From an uncultured Methanosarcinales archaeon (GTDB taxonomy: Archaea > Nanobdellota > Nanobdellia > Woesearchaeales > UBA12501), in the NCBI GenBank assembly GCA_964397315.1, contig CAYNHV010000005.1, positions 1-64,000 of the forward strand: DNA of 64,000 nucleotides. The letters are read 5' to 3'. Of the stretch, positions 9,772-19,968 are shown one piece after another. Both the position numbers and the translations under genes were made by a program. The notes beneath the pieces were generated by a model. The model ran no database searches. It was given only the letters and a program-made list of their open reading frames with translations, and was not told where the DNA came from. The stretch's first letter is position 1; each line of letters opens with the position of its first letter.

Positions 9772-9998
9772 TTTATCTTAAATTCTTTTTCTAGCTGTTA
9801 ATCTCCTTACTTAGTCTTATATTTGAATGCCCAATAACTGCATATATGACAACGACAAGCAGGCCTTCAACAGTTGCAAATCCCACTCCTTTTTGTTTTA
9901 ACTTATAATATTTCTTTATTTATAAAAATTTTATCATTTGTAGGCCCAGAGAATAAATTTACCCTATAAGCCTTTCTGATTCCAAAAATTTAAATATC

Positions 9999-10889
9999 AT
10001 GTCATTATTCTGCATTTCTATGCCTTTTGATATTCCCACTAAAAACAAGATGAAAACACTGAAAGCTCGTAGAGAAGAGTGGCAAAAATTGGTGGGGTTG
10101 TTTGTAGTCATTGTGGCGGCCTCCTTTTTTGTTTTTTTTAGTCTTGCTTTGTACATTTCTGAAATTGCCCCTCAATTTGAGGATACTTTTAAAACCATCA
10201 TTCCTTTTTTTATGTTACTCCTTTTTATTATAGTTGGCGTATATTTTCTTAGAAAAAAAGATATTAAACTATCTTTTAAGGAAAATTTATTATTAAATAC
10301 TTTTGAAGCTTCACAAAACCTTGAAAATTTTCATAGAAGCAGTAAAGCTGATGATCTTAAAAGTGCAAAAAACTTTCTTAATAAGATTATCCTAAATGCT
10401 CAAGCTGATTTTGGTAGAAATTTTGGATTTAATTTTGAAAAACATTTCAGGGGGTCTTTTTACAATCTTGCATTGCTAATTAAAAAAAATATTCTACCTT
10501 CTTTAGATAGTGGTCTTAGTTCTGAAAGATATTACGAGGTTAGTAGCTGTCTACACAATATATTCATCAATATTGACAAAGAGCAATTTGAAAAGTTGGA
10601 AGACCAGTGTAAAAGATTAATGAAGGATTACAAGATTAGTAAGAAAAAAATTGTTTTGAGTGTGTGGTTTAAATTTTCGCAAAAAATTCAGGCTTCTAAC
10701 CCACTTAAGATGACTATTCTATTCTTCTTGTTTATAATCTTATATTTAGTTGCTTGGGCGGTTTTCTCTTGGTTAGACAGAGGTTATACCCACATCGCTG
10801 CTTTTATCGCAGTTGTAGGTGTACTGGCTTTATTACATCAATTTGGCATTCTCAGATCTTTAGAGTATACTCCAAAAACAAAAGGTTAA
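9999..10889 (+). CDS. Membrane protein (2 TM + soluble domain + 2 TM)
   Basis: Long ORF with N- and C-terminal TM pairs; start uncertain. Confidence 0.65.
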   Translation: MSLFCISMPFDIPTKNKMKTLKARREEWQKLVGLFVVIVAASFFVFFSLALYISEIAPQFEDTFKTIIPFFMLLLFIIVGVYFLRKKDIKLSFKENLLLNTFEASQNLENFHRSSKADDLKSAKNFLNKIILNAQADFGRNFGFNFEKHFRGSFYNLALLIKKNILPSLDSGLSSERYYEVSSCLHNIFINIDKEQFEKLEDQCKRLMKDYKISKKKIVLSVWFKFSQKIQASNPLKMTILFFLFIILYLVAWAVFSWLDRGYTHIAAFIAVVGVLALLHQFGILRSLEYTPKTKG

Positions 10890-10924
10890 TTTTAAATGCA
10901 AATTAAGCTATTTATATGTAGTTA

Positions 10925-11539
10925 TTAAGATTCTCTCTTAACCTCTTCTATTGTCTGTTTTATATCAATCATCCCATCTATGCAGCCATAAAGGAAACCA
11001 GAAATCTCTTTTATGCTCTTCTTAAACTGTTTGAGATCTACTTGAGTTGTTTTTTTGTTTTTGTCTCCAAAAGATTTCATATTAGTCCCTTTCTCAAAAG
11101 GATACCGAGATGCTGTAGCTTTGGGATCTTTTTTATGCAATTTTTTTATATTTTTTTCCATTATTTCAAGCTCATCATCAGTGCAAAGGTCTGGCTGAAA
11201 GGACCTGAGACACTCTTTAGCATCCCTCCACAATTTATTAAGATCATGCCCATACCTCTCTGGGTTGTAACTACTCTTATTATACTTAGGGCCAATATCT
11301 AATATCTCTTTAAAAGTTACTTCTAAATAATGTCTAAACAGAAAGAATATAGGATAGAATAGACTATCGGCATTAAACATTCTGCTTTCAACATCTTCTA
11401 ATAGTTTATTGCATGCTTGAATATAACCACTAGAATAAGTGTAGAAGGACAAATTCTGTATACAGGCTATGTGCGGCCCTTCCTCTACTATTTTGAACAA
11501 ATCTGTGTTTTTGTTCAGTCTTTCACTATCCTCATCCAT
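10925..11539 (-). CDS. HEPN-like domain protein
   Basis: YPIFFLFRHYLEVTFK...GHDLNKLW...DP....SRYP; GGAGG SD. Confidence 0.7.
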   Translation of the reverse strand: MDEDSERLNKNTDLFKIVEEGPHIACIQNLSFYTYSSGYIQACNKLLEDVESRMFNADSLFYPIFFLFRHYLEVTFKEILDIGPKYNKSSYNPERYGHDLNKLWRDAKECLRSFQPDLCTDDELEIMEKNIKKLHKKDPKATASRYPFEKGTNMKSFGDKNKKTTQVDLKQFKKSIKEISGFLYGCIDGMIDIKQTIEEVKRES

Positions 11540-11814
11540 AATACCACCTCCCTTAAATATATATTACATAATAATCTTTCTACTATATAAATCTTCTTAT
11601 TCCTGACAAGCCTATAAATCCCTATAACTCAGAATTCTCCCCCCACAAATCCCCAAACCCTCAATCAACCTCTTAGGTTCGGCCCGGGCATTTAAGCAGA
11701 AAAGATATTATATCATTTCATTGTTCACTGAAAAGCTTTCTCCAGTGATCTCCTGCTCCTTAGAATCCACACTGCGCAGTACAACAATGAGTAACCTACT
11801 GCTGAGATTGCTGT

Positions 11815-13074
11815 TCAGAATCTCCTCCTGTTCCTTCCAGGATTGCCGGGCCCTCTTCCCCCTGGGCCTTTTCTGTCATGGCCTCTCCTGCCAGGGCCCC
11901 TGTCTCCAGGGCCCTTTCTTCCAAAGCCCTGTCTGGGTCTGCTGTCCTGCCTTACAGTGGCAGCCCTTTCCACATAAGGCTTTTTCATGTTAATGATGTT
12001 GAAGTCCCTGTAATGGTCAAGAAGCCTTCCGAAGTTCTCATGGTCTGAATCGCTGACCAGGTTGACTGCCATGCCCTCTTCTCCTGCTCTTGCGGTCCTC
12101 CCTATCCTGTGGACATAATCCCTTGGATCCTTTGGTATCTCATAGTTGTAGATGTGGGACACATTGTCTATGTGGAGTCCTCTTGCAGCAACATCAGTGC
12201 AAACGAGAACAGCAGGGCCTTTTCTGTTGAACATCTTGATTGTCTTTGTCCTCTTGTTCTGCGTCATGCCGCCGTGTATTGCCATCACATTGACCCTGTT
12301 GGCTCTCAGGTTTTTCTCAACAAACTCTGTTGTCCTTCTTGTGTTGCAGAACACCATTGAAAGCCCTGTCTTCTCTTTCTTCAGCAGGTGAACAAGAAGT
12401 GATATCTTCATGTTCCTAGGCACGTCATAGTACACCTGCTTGAGCTTTGCAGGGTCAACCTGGTTCATTGTGAATACCTCCTCAGGCTCCTTCATGTAAT
12501 TGGAAGAGAGGTCCAGTATCTCCCTGGAGACTGTTGCAGAGAAGAACATTGTCTGCCTGTCCTCAGGGCACTGGCTTATTATCTTCTCAACATCCTCTAT
12601 GAATCCCATGTCAAGCATCCTGTCAACCTCGTCAAGAACCAGTATCTTTACTGTTGAAAGGCTTATTGTCTCCCTCTCCAGATGGTCAAGCAGCCTTCCA
12701 GGTGTTGCAACCACAACCTCTGAATTCCTTATGGCATCTATCTGCGGGTCTATGGCCACTCCGCCGTAGACTGCTGTTGTTCTGAGCCTCTTGTCTTTTG
12801 AGAGCTCAGCCAGGGAGTCTTTTACCTGCTCTGCAAGCTCTCTTGTGGGGGTGAGCACCAGCGCCTGAAGGCCTGCTCCCGGAGCGGCTTTCTCTGTTAT
12901 TCCACACCCAAAGGCAAGTGTTTTTCCTGAGCCTGTTGCAGACTCTCCAACAACATCCTTTCCCTTAATGATGTAAGGTATTGATCCTTCCTGTATCTCT
13001 GTGGGCCTTGTGAAGCCGAGCTTCTTAATGGATTGCATAAGCTGGCTGCTAAGGCCGAAATCTTCAAAATTCAT
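11815..13074 (-). CDS. DEAD/DEAH-box RNA helicase (DEVD variant)
   Basis: Q motif, ATGSGKT, PTRELA, TPGR, DEVD, SAT, ARGLHI, HRIGRTAR; RG/GP-rich tail. Confidence 0.95.
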   Translation of the reverse strand: MNFEDFGLSSQLMQSIKKLGFTRPTEIQEGSIPYIIKGKDVVGESATGSGKTLAFGCGITEKAAPGAGLQALVLTPTRELAEQVKDSLAELSKDKRLRTTAVYGGVAIDPQIDAIRNSEVVVATPGRLLDHLERETISLSTVKILVLDEVDRMLDMGFIEDVEKIISQCPEDRQTMFFSATVSREILDLSSNYMKEPEEVFTMNQVDPAKLKQVYYDVPRNMKISLLVHLLKKEKTGLSMVFCNTRRTTEFVEKNLRANRVNVMAIHGGMTQNKRTKTIKMFNRKGPAVLVCTDVAARGLHIDNVSHIYNYEIPKDPRDYVHRIGRTARAGEEGMAVNLVSDSDHENFGRLLDHYRDFNIINMKKPYVERAATVRQDSRPRQGFGRKGPGDRGPGRRGHDRKGPGGRGPGNPGRNRRRF

Positions 13075-13344
13075 TTTATCTACCTCGTGTTAAAGCTGCA
13101 TAGAAAAAGCGAAATGTTCAGTTATAGCGTCTCTGGCATCTCTGAGCAAGTGCTTTCTCTTGTCTCACGCTTTCTTTGTTCTTTGTAATATATGAGTTTG
13201 AGAGGTCATATATAAATCTTTCTGTTTTATAACCACCGTGAAGGGACTATATAAACCGGGGAGTGGAAACAAGCAAGAATTCAAAGCCAATAAAAAAAAC
13301 ATGTTACAGGGGCTCTAAACCCCATCTCCTGGCTCTGAAAAAGC

Positions 13345-13629
13345 TTATGCAGCTTTTTCTTCGTCTTCAGGTTCTTCAGAGTCTTCTTCAGTGCCTGCTT
13401 CTTCAGCAGCCTCTTCAGGTGCTGCCTCAGTGCTTTCGCCTGCCTTGGAGACATTCACAGCCTTAGGGCCTCTGTCTCCTTCCTCAGGGTCAAAGCTTAC
13501 AGGGTCATTCTCATTGAGCTTGACTCCCTCATTGAGCCCTGTCATGTGCACAAAGTACTCCTTTCCGTCGTCTCCCTGGATGAAGCCGAATCCCTTCATC
13601 TCGTTGAAGAACTTCACTGTTCCTTTCAT
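13345..13629 (-). CDS. cspA: Cold-shock domain protein with acidic tail
   Basis: MKGTVKFFNEMKGFGFI...YFVH...GPKAVNV; GGAGG SD. Confidence 0.95.
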   Translation of the reverse strand: MKGTVKFFNEMKGFGFIQGDDGKEYFVHMTGLNEGVKLNENDPVSFDPEEGDRGPKAVNVSKAGESTEAAPEEAAEEAGTEEDSEEPEDEEKAA

Positions 13630-13838
13630 TCTTTTACCTCCGATACTTACTTTTAGAAGCTGCAACACAAGATTCCCGTAAGATTCACTTTAAATCCTCT
13701 GAGAAACCATGTTTTAGCTCCTTTTACAGCTGTTATCAGGAGGTCATTTAAAAAGTTTTCCTTTGGCAGGCTGTTTTTAACAGCCAAGCCAGGCAAAACA
13801 TCACATTTAAATATCAGTCTGCACTACATTCTCCTACA

Positions 13839-14039
13839 ATGGAACTTACAGTTGTTTTGGAATCTCAGGATGAGGGCGGCTTTACTGTGTACGTGCCCTC
13901 CCTCCCGGGGTGCGTGTCCCAGGGAGAGACAAGGGAGGAGGCTCTTAAGAATATCAGAGAGGCTATTGAGCTTTATCTGGAGCCTGACACCAATGAGATT
14001 ATTGAGTTCAGCGGTGAGAAGCTCAAGGTATCTGTATGA
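13839..14039 (+). CDS. hicB: HicB-family antitoxin (short form)
   Basis: EGGFTVYVPSLPGCVSQGETREEALKNIREAIELYL. Confidence 0.93.
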   Translation: MELTVVLESQDEGGFTVYVPSLPGCVSQGETREEALKNIREAIELYLEPDTNEIIEFSGEKLKVSV

Positions 14040-14260
14040 TGAAGCTTCCGGTTGTTTCTGGATTAGATATTGTAAAGCGATTAAAGAAAGCGGGTTTTAT
14101 TGCAACAAGGCAGAAGGGCTCTCACGTGAGGATGGAGAGGTTTGACGGCAGCAAAACAATAAAGCTGACAGTTCCCCTCCATGAGGAGATAAAGAAAGGC
14201 ACTCTAAACAGGATATTAAAGGATGCAGGCATAAGCCTTAATGAATTTAAGAAACTGTAA
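14036..14260 (+). CDS. hicA: HicA-family mRNA interferase toxin
   Basis: L.K.GF...RQKGSH....VPLH.EIKKGTL..ILK; ATGA overlap with hicB. Confidence 0.93.
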   Translation: MMKLPVVSGLDIVKRLKKAGFIATRQKGSHVRMERFDGSKTIKLTVPLHEEIKKGTLNRILKDAGISLNEFKKL

Positions 14261-14286
14261 TAAGCGTGATGAAGCGCTTGGACTTT

Positions 14287-14655
14287 CTACTTCAGCTCCT
14301 TCCATCCCAGGCCCAGAAGGGCTGCAAGGACAGCATAGAAGAAGAATGCTGAAAGGACTTTCATGTCCTGCGTGAGTAAGTATGATGTGAGGGTAGCTCC
14401 GATGCCCAGCACCAAAAGCGCAGCAGCTATCATTCCGCCGTGCCTGTTCCTCCTGACAAGGGAGATTCCTGTAAAGATTATGAGAAGGGTGAAGAGGATT
14501 GTGGTTATGGTTGTCACAGCCATGTCCCACATGGAGTCCATGCTTGCGAACACGTACTCGCCTGCAAGAGCCAGAAAAAAGAACGCTCCGAGGATGATGA
14601 AGATAACTCCATCAATTATGAGCAGCCTTCTTTTCCACGCCCTTGATATCTGCAT
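14287..14655 (-). CDS. Four-TM membrane protein
   Basis: Four hydrophobic segments; TATA upstream. Confidence 0.7.
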   Translation of the reverse strand: MQISRAWKRRLLIIDGVIFIILGAFFFLALAGEYVFASMDSMWDMAVTTITTILFTLLIIFTGISLVRRNRHGGMIAAALLVLGIGATLTSYLLTQDMKVLSAFFFYAVLAALLGLGWKELK

Positions 14656-14709
14656 GGGGCAGGAAAAGCCGCAATAATATATAAATGTTTTCAGGCATCA
14701 GCCTGAGCA

Positions 14710-15201
14710 TCATGCAGCTTTCGGCTTTTTAGCGCTGCTGAGCCTGACATTGAACAGCTCAATGTCATAGAAAGGGTCGCTCTCAATAACCCTCCACCCT
14801 GCCGCAATCCACTCTGTCTCAAAAGCGTATAACTTTCTTTCCCTCACTGCAAGGCACCTGTGCGAGAGCCTTACTGTTTTTGTATTCCTGTCAATGAACA
14901 CAGGAAAGTTCCTGCACGCTGCAGGCCTTTTGGGATTGTCATGCACGCGGCACTTGAAACCCTTAAGCATGGGGCACGGAGCATCTTTTTCTCCAAGAAA
15001 AAGCGAGTATCCTCCTGACCTGAGCCTTTTCAGCCGGCCTTTTCTCTCCAGCTCCTCCTGGCTCTCCCCTGCGAGAAGTCCTGCCTCTTCTTTGTCAAGA
15101 ACAAGATAGCCCTTCCTGCAGCAGTATGACCTGCACTCATTGAAGCAGAAGCTGCTTATTGACTTCCGCGCCTTTTCCGCGATCAACTCTCCCCTGTCCA
15201 T
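14710..15201 (-). CDS. YkgJ-family cysteine-cluster (Zn/Fe) protein
   Basis: C..EC.SYCC...CP.L....C.VH...RP.AC..FP. Confidence 0.85.
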   Translation of the reverse strand: MDRGELIAEKARKSISSFCFNECRSYCCRKGYLVLDKEEAGLLAGESQEELERKGRLKRLRSGGYSLFLGEKDAPCPMLKGFKCRVHDNPKRPAACRNFPVFIDRNTKTVRLSHRCLAVRERKLYAFETEWIAAGWRVIESDPFYDIELFNVRLSSAKKPKAA

Positions 15202-15261
15202 GATCAGGGGGAAAACTGGCTGTTTATAAAGATTATGCAATTGATGTGCGCTGATGATTCA

Positions 15262-15636
15262 GGGGGTGATTCGTGATTATTATTCATGATAAATCCCTTT
15301 TATGTAGATTGGATTTTAGGGCTTTGATAACTCATATTGTTTCCATCCCTTAGAGTGGCTTGCTTATGATAATAAATCCTAATAATTCCCTCCTTAGATA
15401 GGCTTGCTTGTAATCATAAACCCAGATTCCTCCCACCCTTACTGCACAACCGCCTTGCAGGTTCACACCTTCTGAATCTAAACAACTTCCAGCTCCTGCA
15501 ACAGATAAGCCCACCCAATCATATGCTTAAAATGCTCTGTTGGATCTGGTGCGCTAAGCATATGCGAGGGGGTGGCGGGTGGGAAAAATCAGTTTGTAAC
15601 TGTGACGAGGGTGGCGGAGAAATCAGGAGGAATTTC
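15262..15636 (-). repeat. Repeat family C copy 1 (conserved ~205-bp core plus ~45-nt degenerate array)
   Basis: Core 15432-15636 is similar to 55371-55575 and to the reverse complement of 41342-41545, 41584-41780 and 43305-43502. Confidence 0.9.
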
Positions 15637-15783
15637 CATTTTTACAATGAAATCTTTCTTAGAACTTATAGAGAGCGGGCGGCCGCACCAGGAAGATCAT
15701 TATGTTTATACAACAATCAGAAAGAATCACAGGCATACTCTGTAATCAGGAAGGCTTAGTAATATGCATCTCCCATCACTCAC

Positions 15784-16392
15784 CTAAAGAAATGTGTTGA
15801 GCACTCCTGTCACTATCATGTTAATGCCTATTGCGCCGACAAAGAAGCCGTTCAGCCTGAGCAGAACTTCCATGTTCTTGTCAAACGCAACCTTGAGCTT
15901 CTTTCTTGAAAGCCCGTCCTTTATCATCTTGAGCACGGTTATTATGATGTAATTTATGGCCATCACTGAAATAAGGGCGAAGATGCCCTCTGTCTCGGGA
16001 AGCTGGTGGCTCATGACAATGGCTATTGATATTGTCCCTGCTCCGACCATGAAAGGCAGGGCTATCTCAGACGCAAGGTCGTTGAGGTTCTCCTTCATGT
16101 TTATAAGCGACTTGTGGCCCTTGACAATAAACAGATAGGCGAATGAGAATATGATAATGCCTCCGAATATCCTGAATGACTCAAAGCTTATCTGGAGCAC
16201 CTTGCTGAACAGGAAGCTGCCTGCGAGCAGGAAGACCAGGAGTGTGAAGAATGACATTATCGTGGCCTTGAACAGGACCTTGAGGAATGACCTGTTGTCC
16301 AGCTCCTCCATTATGGGATTGAGGTAGAGGAACAGCGCAAATGGGTTTAGCATGACCAGAAAGGCTATCATGAGGGTTATAAGATTTGACAT
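15784..16392 (-). CDS. marC: MarC-family membrane protein
   Basis: MLNPF, SFRIFGGII, ALPFMVGAGTIS, RLNGFFVGAIG. Confidence 0.9.
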   Translation of the reverse strand: MSNLITLMIAFLVMLNPFALFLYLNPIMEELDNRSFLKVLFKATIMSFFTLLVFLLAGSFLFSKVLQISFESFRIFGGIIIFSFAYLFIVKGHKSLINMKENLNDLASEIALPFMVGAGTISIAIVMSHQLPETEGIFALISVMAINYIIITVLKMIKDGLSRKKLKVAFDKNMEVLLRLNGFFVGAIGINMIVTGVLNTFL

Positions 16393-16504
16393 AAGGGCTT
16401 GCTGGAACAGGAGGGGTTATTTAAAGCTTTCCTTGCCGCGCCATTAAAAACATTTATATATAAGCGGGAATTAGGCAAGTGCAGAAGATAAAAGAGGTGC
16501 AAGC

Positions 16505-17218
16505 ATGGAGTTGAAGCTTAATAAAAGACCCAAGAATCCCGTAATCGTTGAGGGCTTTCCCGGATTCGGCCTCATAGGGACAATAACAACAGAGTTTCTC
16601 ATAGAGCAGCTTAAGGCAGAGCAGATAGGCACTGTAAGGTGCGACGACATCCCTGCCATGATCGCCATACACGGCGGAAAGGTGCTTGAGCCCATTGGAA
16701 TATTCTATGACAAGAAGACGAACATTGTCATACTCCACATTATCACAACAGTGCAGGGCCTGGAATGGCAGCTTGCTGAGACCATATCAAAGCTCTCCTC
16801 ACAGCTGAAGGCAAAGGGAGTCATAAGCCTTGAGGGTGTTGCCTCGCCTCACGAGGATGATGACAAGATGTCCTGCTACTATTACAGCACAAACAAGAAG
16901 CACGAGAAAACTTTCAAGAATAACAAGATTGACCCGCTGAAGGAGGGCATAATACTCGGCGTGACAGGAGCGCTGCTTCTTGAGGCTGACAAGATTCCGC
17001 TGACGTGCATCTTTGCAGAGACCCACTCTGCAATGCCTGACTCCAAGGCATCCGCAAGGGTCATAGAGCTTATTGACAAGCTGCTCGGGCTGAACATACC
17101 CACAAAGCCGCTGATGAAAGAGGCTGAGAAGTTTGAGCAGAAGCTCAAGGGCATACTCCAGCAGAGCAAGAGAGCCACTGACGAGCAGATGAAGAAGAAG
17201 CTCAGCTATGTCGGGTGA
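16505..17218 (+). CDS. PAC2-family proteasome assembly chaperone
   Basis: EGFPGFGLIGTI, GVTGALL, AETH..MPD..AS, C-terminal YVG. Confidence 0.9.
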   Translation: MELKLNKRPKNPVIVEGFPGFGLIGTITTEFLIEQLKAEQIGTVRCDDIPAMIAIHGGKVLEPIGIFYDKKTNIVILHIITTVQGLEWQLAETISKLSSQLKAKGVISLEGVASPHEDDDKMSCYYYSTNKKHEKTFKNNKIDPLKEGIILGVTGALLLEADKIPLTCIFAETHSAMPDSKASARVIELIDKLLGLNIPTKPLMKEAEKFEQKLKGILQQSKRATDEQMKKKLSYVG

Positions 17219-17399
17219 GCTTTCTTTTTCCTTTCATTCTCAGGTATTCGTCCCTGCTCATGGTGGAGGATTTAATGCAGGAGTTTATTATGATATTCTG
17301 CTGTCTTGACCATTCCCTGTCATCGTGCTCCAGAACATACCTTGACCACAGGTCAACAAACTCAAGCCTTTCCCTGTTGTTCTCATCCTGAAAGCTCAT
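17202..17399 (-). CDS. Small conserved-type hypothetical protein coupled to a nucleotidyltransferase
   Basis: Overlaps the 3' end of the upstream gene; N..RL.FVD.W..YV...W..QQN..IN pattern. Confidence 0.65.
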   Translation of the reverse strand: MSFQDENNRERLEFVDLWSRYVLEHDDREWSRQQNIIINSCIKSSTMSRDEYLRMKGKRKLTRHS

Positions 17400-17961
17400 G
17401 GATCATCCTCTTGTATTCTTTTATCATGCCATTGTCCAGATGGCCTTCTGCAACATTCCTTATGTGCCTTGCATCCTCAATATCCTTTGGCGATTTCAGC
17501 ACATTCTCCTTGAAGGCTATCTGCATCTCAAGGCTGGAAACAATTATATCGCCTTCATCCAGAGTGACCGTAAGCCTGTTCTTCAGCGCAAGATTGTCAA
17601 TCCTTGTTTTGGCGAACTTGAGCTCAATGTTGGGTATGACATTCCCTTTTCTCGCGAACCTGGCTGCAAGCCCGTCCATGAGATGCTCATGTGTTTTGCC
17701 GGCTCCCTCTGTATTTATGCACTCAAATCCGTTGCTTGCAAGGTCATTGTAAAGGCTGCTGAAATCAGGCAGGCTCATCCTGGGTATGATGATGTCTATA
17801 TCCTCGCTTGCTCTCGCCCTTCCAAGCAGTATTGCGACATAGCCGCTCACCACAGCATAGCTCGTGTGCTTGCCTAACACCCTTATGAAGTCAAGGGCAA
17901 ACGTGTCCAGCTCAGAAAGCTCCCTTCCAATCTTTATGCGCTCTTTTGAGACAAACTCCAT
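17383..17961 (-). CDS. Nucleotidyltransferase (Pol-beta superfamily)
   Basis: VSGYVAILLGRARASEDIDII; K...L.S.KD.ED. Confidence 0.8.
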   Translation of the reverse strand: MEFVSKERIKIGRELSELDTFALDFIRVLGKHTSYAVVSGYVAILLGRARASEDIDIIIPRMSLPDFSSLYNDLASNGFECINTEGAGKTHEHLMDGLAARFARKGNVIPNIELKFAKTRIDNLALKNRLTVTLDEGDIIVSSLEMQIAFKENVLKSPKDIEDARHIRNVAEGHLDNGMIKEYKRMIHELSG

Positions 17962-18039
17962 GCTGAGCAATATGCCTGCCTTGTATTTAACTGTTTCTGT
18001 AAGAGAGGACAGGTTTATTATTTTCTATATTGAAAAGAA

Positions 18040-18122
18040 TAGATAAAAAAAGAGAAAAAACCAAAAAACACCAGTTTAAGATATTATAGATGCCCTCCTA
18101 TAATGGGTATAAAAGGGCATCT
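18040..18122 (-). terminator. Terminator at the end of the minus-strand ORFan array
   Basis: agatgccct(18088-96)/agggcatct(18114-22) stem followed by several T-tracts on the minus strand. Confidence 0.6.
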
Positions 18123-18132
18123 GGATATGCGA

Positions 18133-19713
18133 TTACTCCCTGAGAAGCAGGGGAAGCGGATCTGGAACGTCCTCGTTGAGCACTTCTGCGCAGAAATCCA
18201 CAGGATGCATGTCCGCGTGCTCGCTGCGCCATCCTGACCTCAGTCCCTCGCACCCGCAGGGGCAGTCAGGGCAGAGGTACGGCTGCAGCTCCTCAGGCAT
18301 GGGAACCATGGAAGGCCCGAACGGGATGATCATTGTGCCGTTGGAGTACATTGTCATGTCTTTAGTTTTGCCGAAGGTCTTCAGAGTAAACTTCAGGAAG
18401 CTTTTGAATTCATCATCGATGGGAAGGTCATTGATGTCCACTGCCTCTCCCTGGCGCAGTATGAGGAGGTCCGGAGAACATTCCCATGTGTAGGAAGGAT
18501 TGGGTTTGAAGAACCTTTCCATCACCTTCTCGTTAAAAGGCAACATGTGTTCTACTATGCCCTCCAGAGCATCCAGCGCGAGAGGTAATGAGCCGACTTC
18601 GCTGAAGAGAGTGATCCGGCCTTCTGCGTTTAAGAAACAAATCCCTTCTGCGCTTATGACACTCCTGATCTTTCTGATGATGCTTCTCGCATGTTCAGAA
18701 CCCTTCAGCCTGTTGAGAGGGTAGTAGTTAGTGCCGATGAGCAAGAAAAGACCAATGGCATCATAGAAGATGATCTCCGGCAGCTTTTTCTTTGCGCAGG
18801 CATCAAGCTTTTCCATCTGCTCCTGCATCCTTCTCTCGGCGCATCTCATCATGTTCTTGTATTGGCCGGTCTCTTTCAGCCGATGGAAAAGAAAGCCTGT
18901 GAAGAGCTCGTTGAGCTTGTCCTGCCCCTCCTTCAGGAGGTAATCCTCAAAGAGATGGAGGAGATCAGAGAGGGCCCCTCTTTTGCCGCGTAGGCCGCGG
19001 ATGAGGATGTTGCTGAGCAGGTGGCTTCGTATCATGCCCATGTATTTCACGAAATCCCTGAAAATGCTGTTCAGCAGTGCATCCCCTTCGTCCTGGAGGT
19101 ATTGTTCTGCAGCTGCATTGTTGAGAACAGGCCGGAGAGGGACTCCCAGCACCACCTTTTTCTTGAGGTTTTGATACTGCTCAGAGAGGTGGAAAGGGTT
19201 TTTCAGCTCAACAGCCTCTTCCTGGTTGAGGTCCCTGAATGGAGGCATTTTAGGAGGCCTTTCCTTCCTTTTTTTAGTGCGGTTGATGAGGTTTCTGATT
19301 TCCGGCGGCATGCCGCTGAACAATGCGCCTGGCTCTTGCAGAAAATGCGGCTCATATTTTGGAAGGGTAAACAGAGGCAGGTCAGGGATAGGAGGGAATT
19401 CTTCCCCGTCGCAGGGATCGTTTAGAAGAGCCTTGCCAACGGCGTTTCTGAGCTCTTCAGAATTATATTCCTCGCGGGGGGGGTTGTTGAGAAGAATCCT
19501 GTCAATGATTTCTTCTAAATTATGAGGTGGCTTTCTGGTGCTGCCGCTCCCTTCAATCATTACCTCAATCCCATCCAGCGTTTCCTGTACAGAAACAAAC
19601 CCGCTGAAATTTTCAGGGACTCCATCCAGGATTTTTCTCATCTTCTCACCACCTACCCCTGATTCAGCAAGCGCTTCCTCCAATTGTTTTTTGTCTGCCA
19701 CAAACTTAGCCAT
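18133..19713 (-). CDS. Hypothetical protein, C-terminal Cys cluster
   Basis: 526-aa ORF, GGAGG SD, CPDCPCGC...H..FC. Confidence 0.8.
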   Translation of the reverse strand: MAKFVADKKQLEEALAESGVGGEKMRKILDGVPENFSGFVSVQETLDGIEVMIEGSGSTRKPPHNLEEIIDRILLNNPPREEYNSEELRNAVGKALLNDPCDGEEFPPIPDLPLFTLPKYEPHFLQEPGALFSGMPPEIRNLINRTKKRKERPPKMPPFRDLNQEEAVELKNPFHLSEQYQNLKKKVVLGVPLRPVLNNAAAEQYLQDEGDALLNSIFRDFVKYMGMIRSHLLSNILIRGLRGKRGALSDLLHLFEDYLLKEGQDKLNELFTGFLFHRLKETGQYKNMMRCAERRMQEQMEKLDACAKKKLPEIIFYDAIGLFLLIGTNYYPLNRLKGSEHARSIIRKIRSVISAEGICFLNAEGRITLFSEVGSLPLALDALEGIVEHMLPFNEKVMERFFKPNPSYTWECSPDLLILRQGEAVDINDLPIDDEFKSFLKFTLKTFGKTKDMTMYSNGTMIIPFGPSMVPMPEELQPYLCPDCPCGCEGLRSGWRSEHADMHPVDFCAEVLNEDVPDPLPLLLRE

Positions 19714-19727
19714 GATTCCTCCCTTCC

Positions 19728-19922
19728 TTAGTTTAGGGTTGTTAAGCCGGGGTTTAGAGGAATGATTTCCCCTTCTTCAATAATGAAGCTGGTTCCGGGC
19801 TCGTCAGGGAGAGCTTCCATACGCTTTGATATCTCCTCCTCAGGCGCGCCCAGCCATCTCAGGTACTGCTCTAAGTCACGCTTGGTTTTCAGGATAACAA
19901 CTTCTGCCTCTTCTTCACCCAT
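19728..19922 (-). CDS. Small hypothetical protein
   Basis: AGGAGG SD; resembles the N-terminus of 18133-19713. Confidence 0.7.
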   Translation of the reverse strand: MGEEEAEVVILKTKRDLEQYLRWLGAPEEEISKRMEALPDEPGTSFIIEEGEIIPLNPGLTTLN

Positions 19923-19968
19923 TCATCCTCCTTTCTGAATTTCCTTTCATCTGCAGGTGTGCTTGGTT

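Noticed and set aside
9800..9900. Pilin-like fragment (KQKGVGFATVEGLLVVVIYAV) on the minus strand
   Set aside because: No clear start codon and very short; at most a remnant
11676..11695. tRNA 3' fragment or att site at the island boundary (ggttcggcccgggca)
   Set aside because: Too short, T-loop incomplete, and no partner repeat or tRNA found in the window
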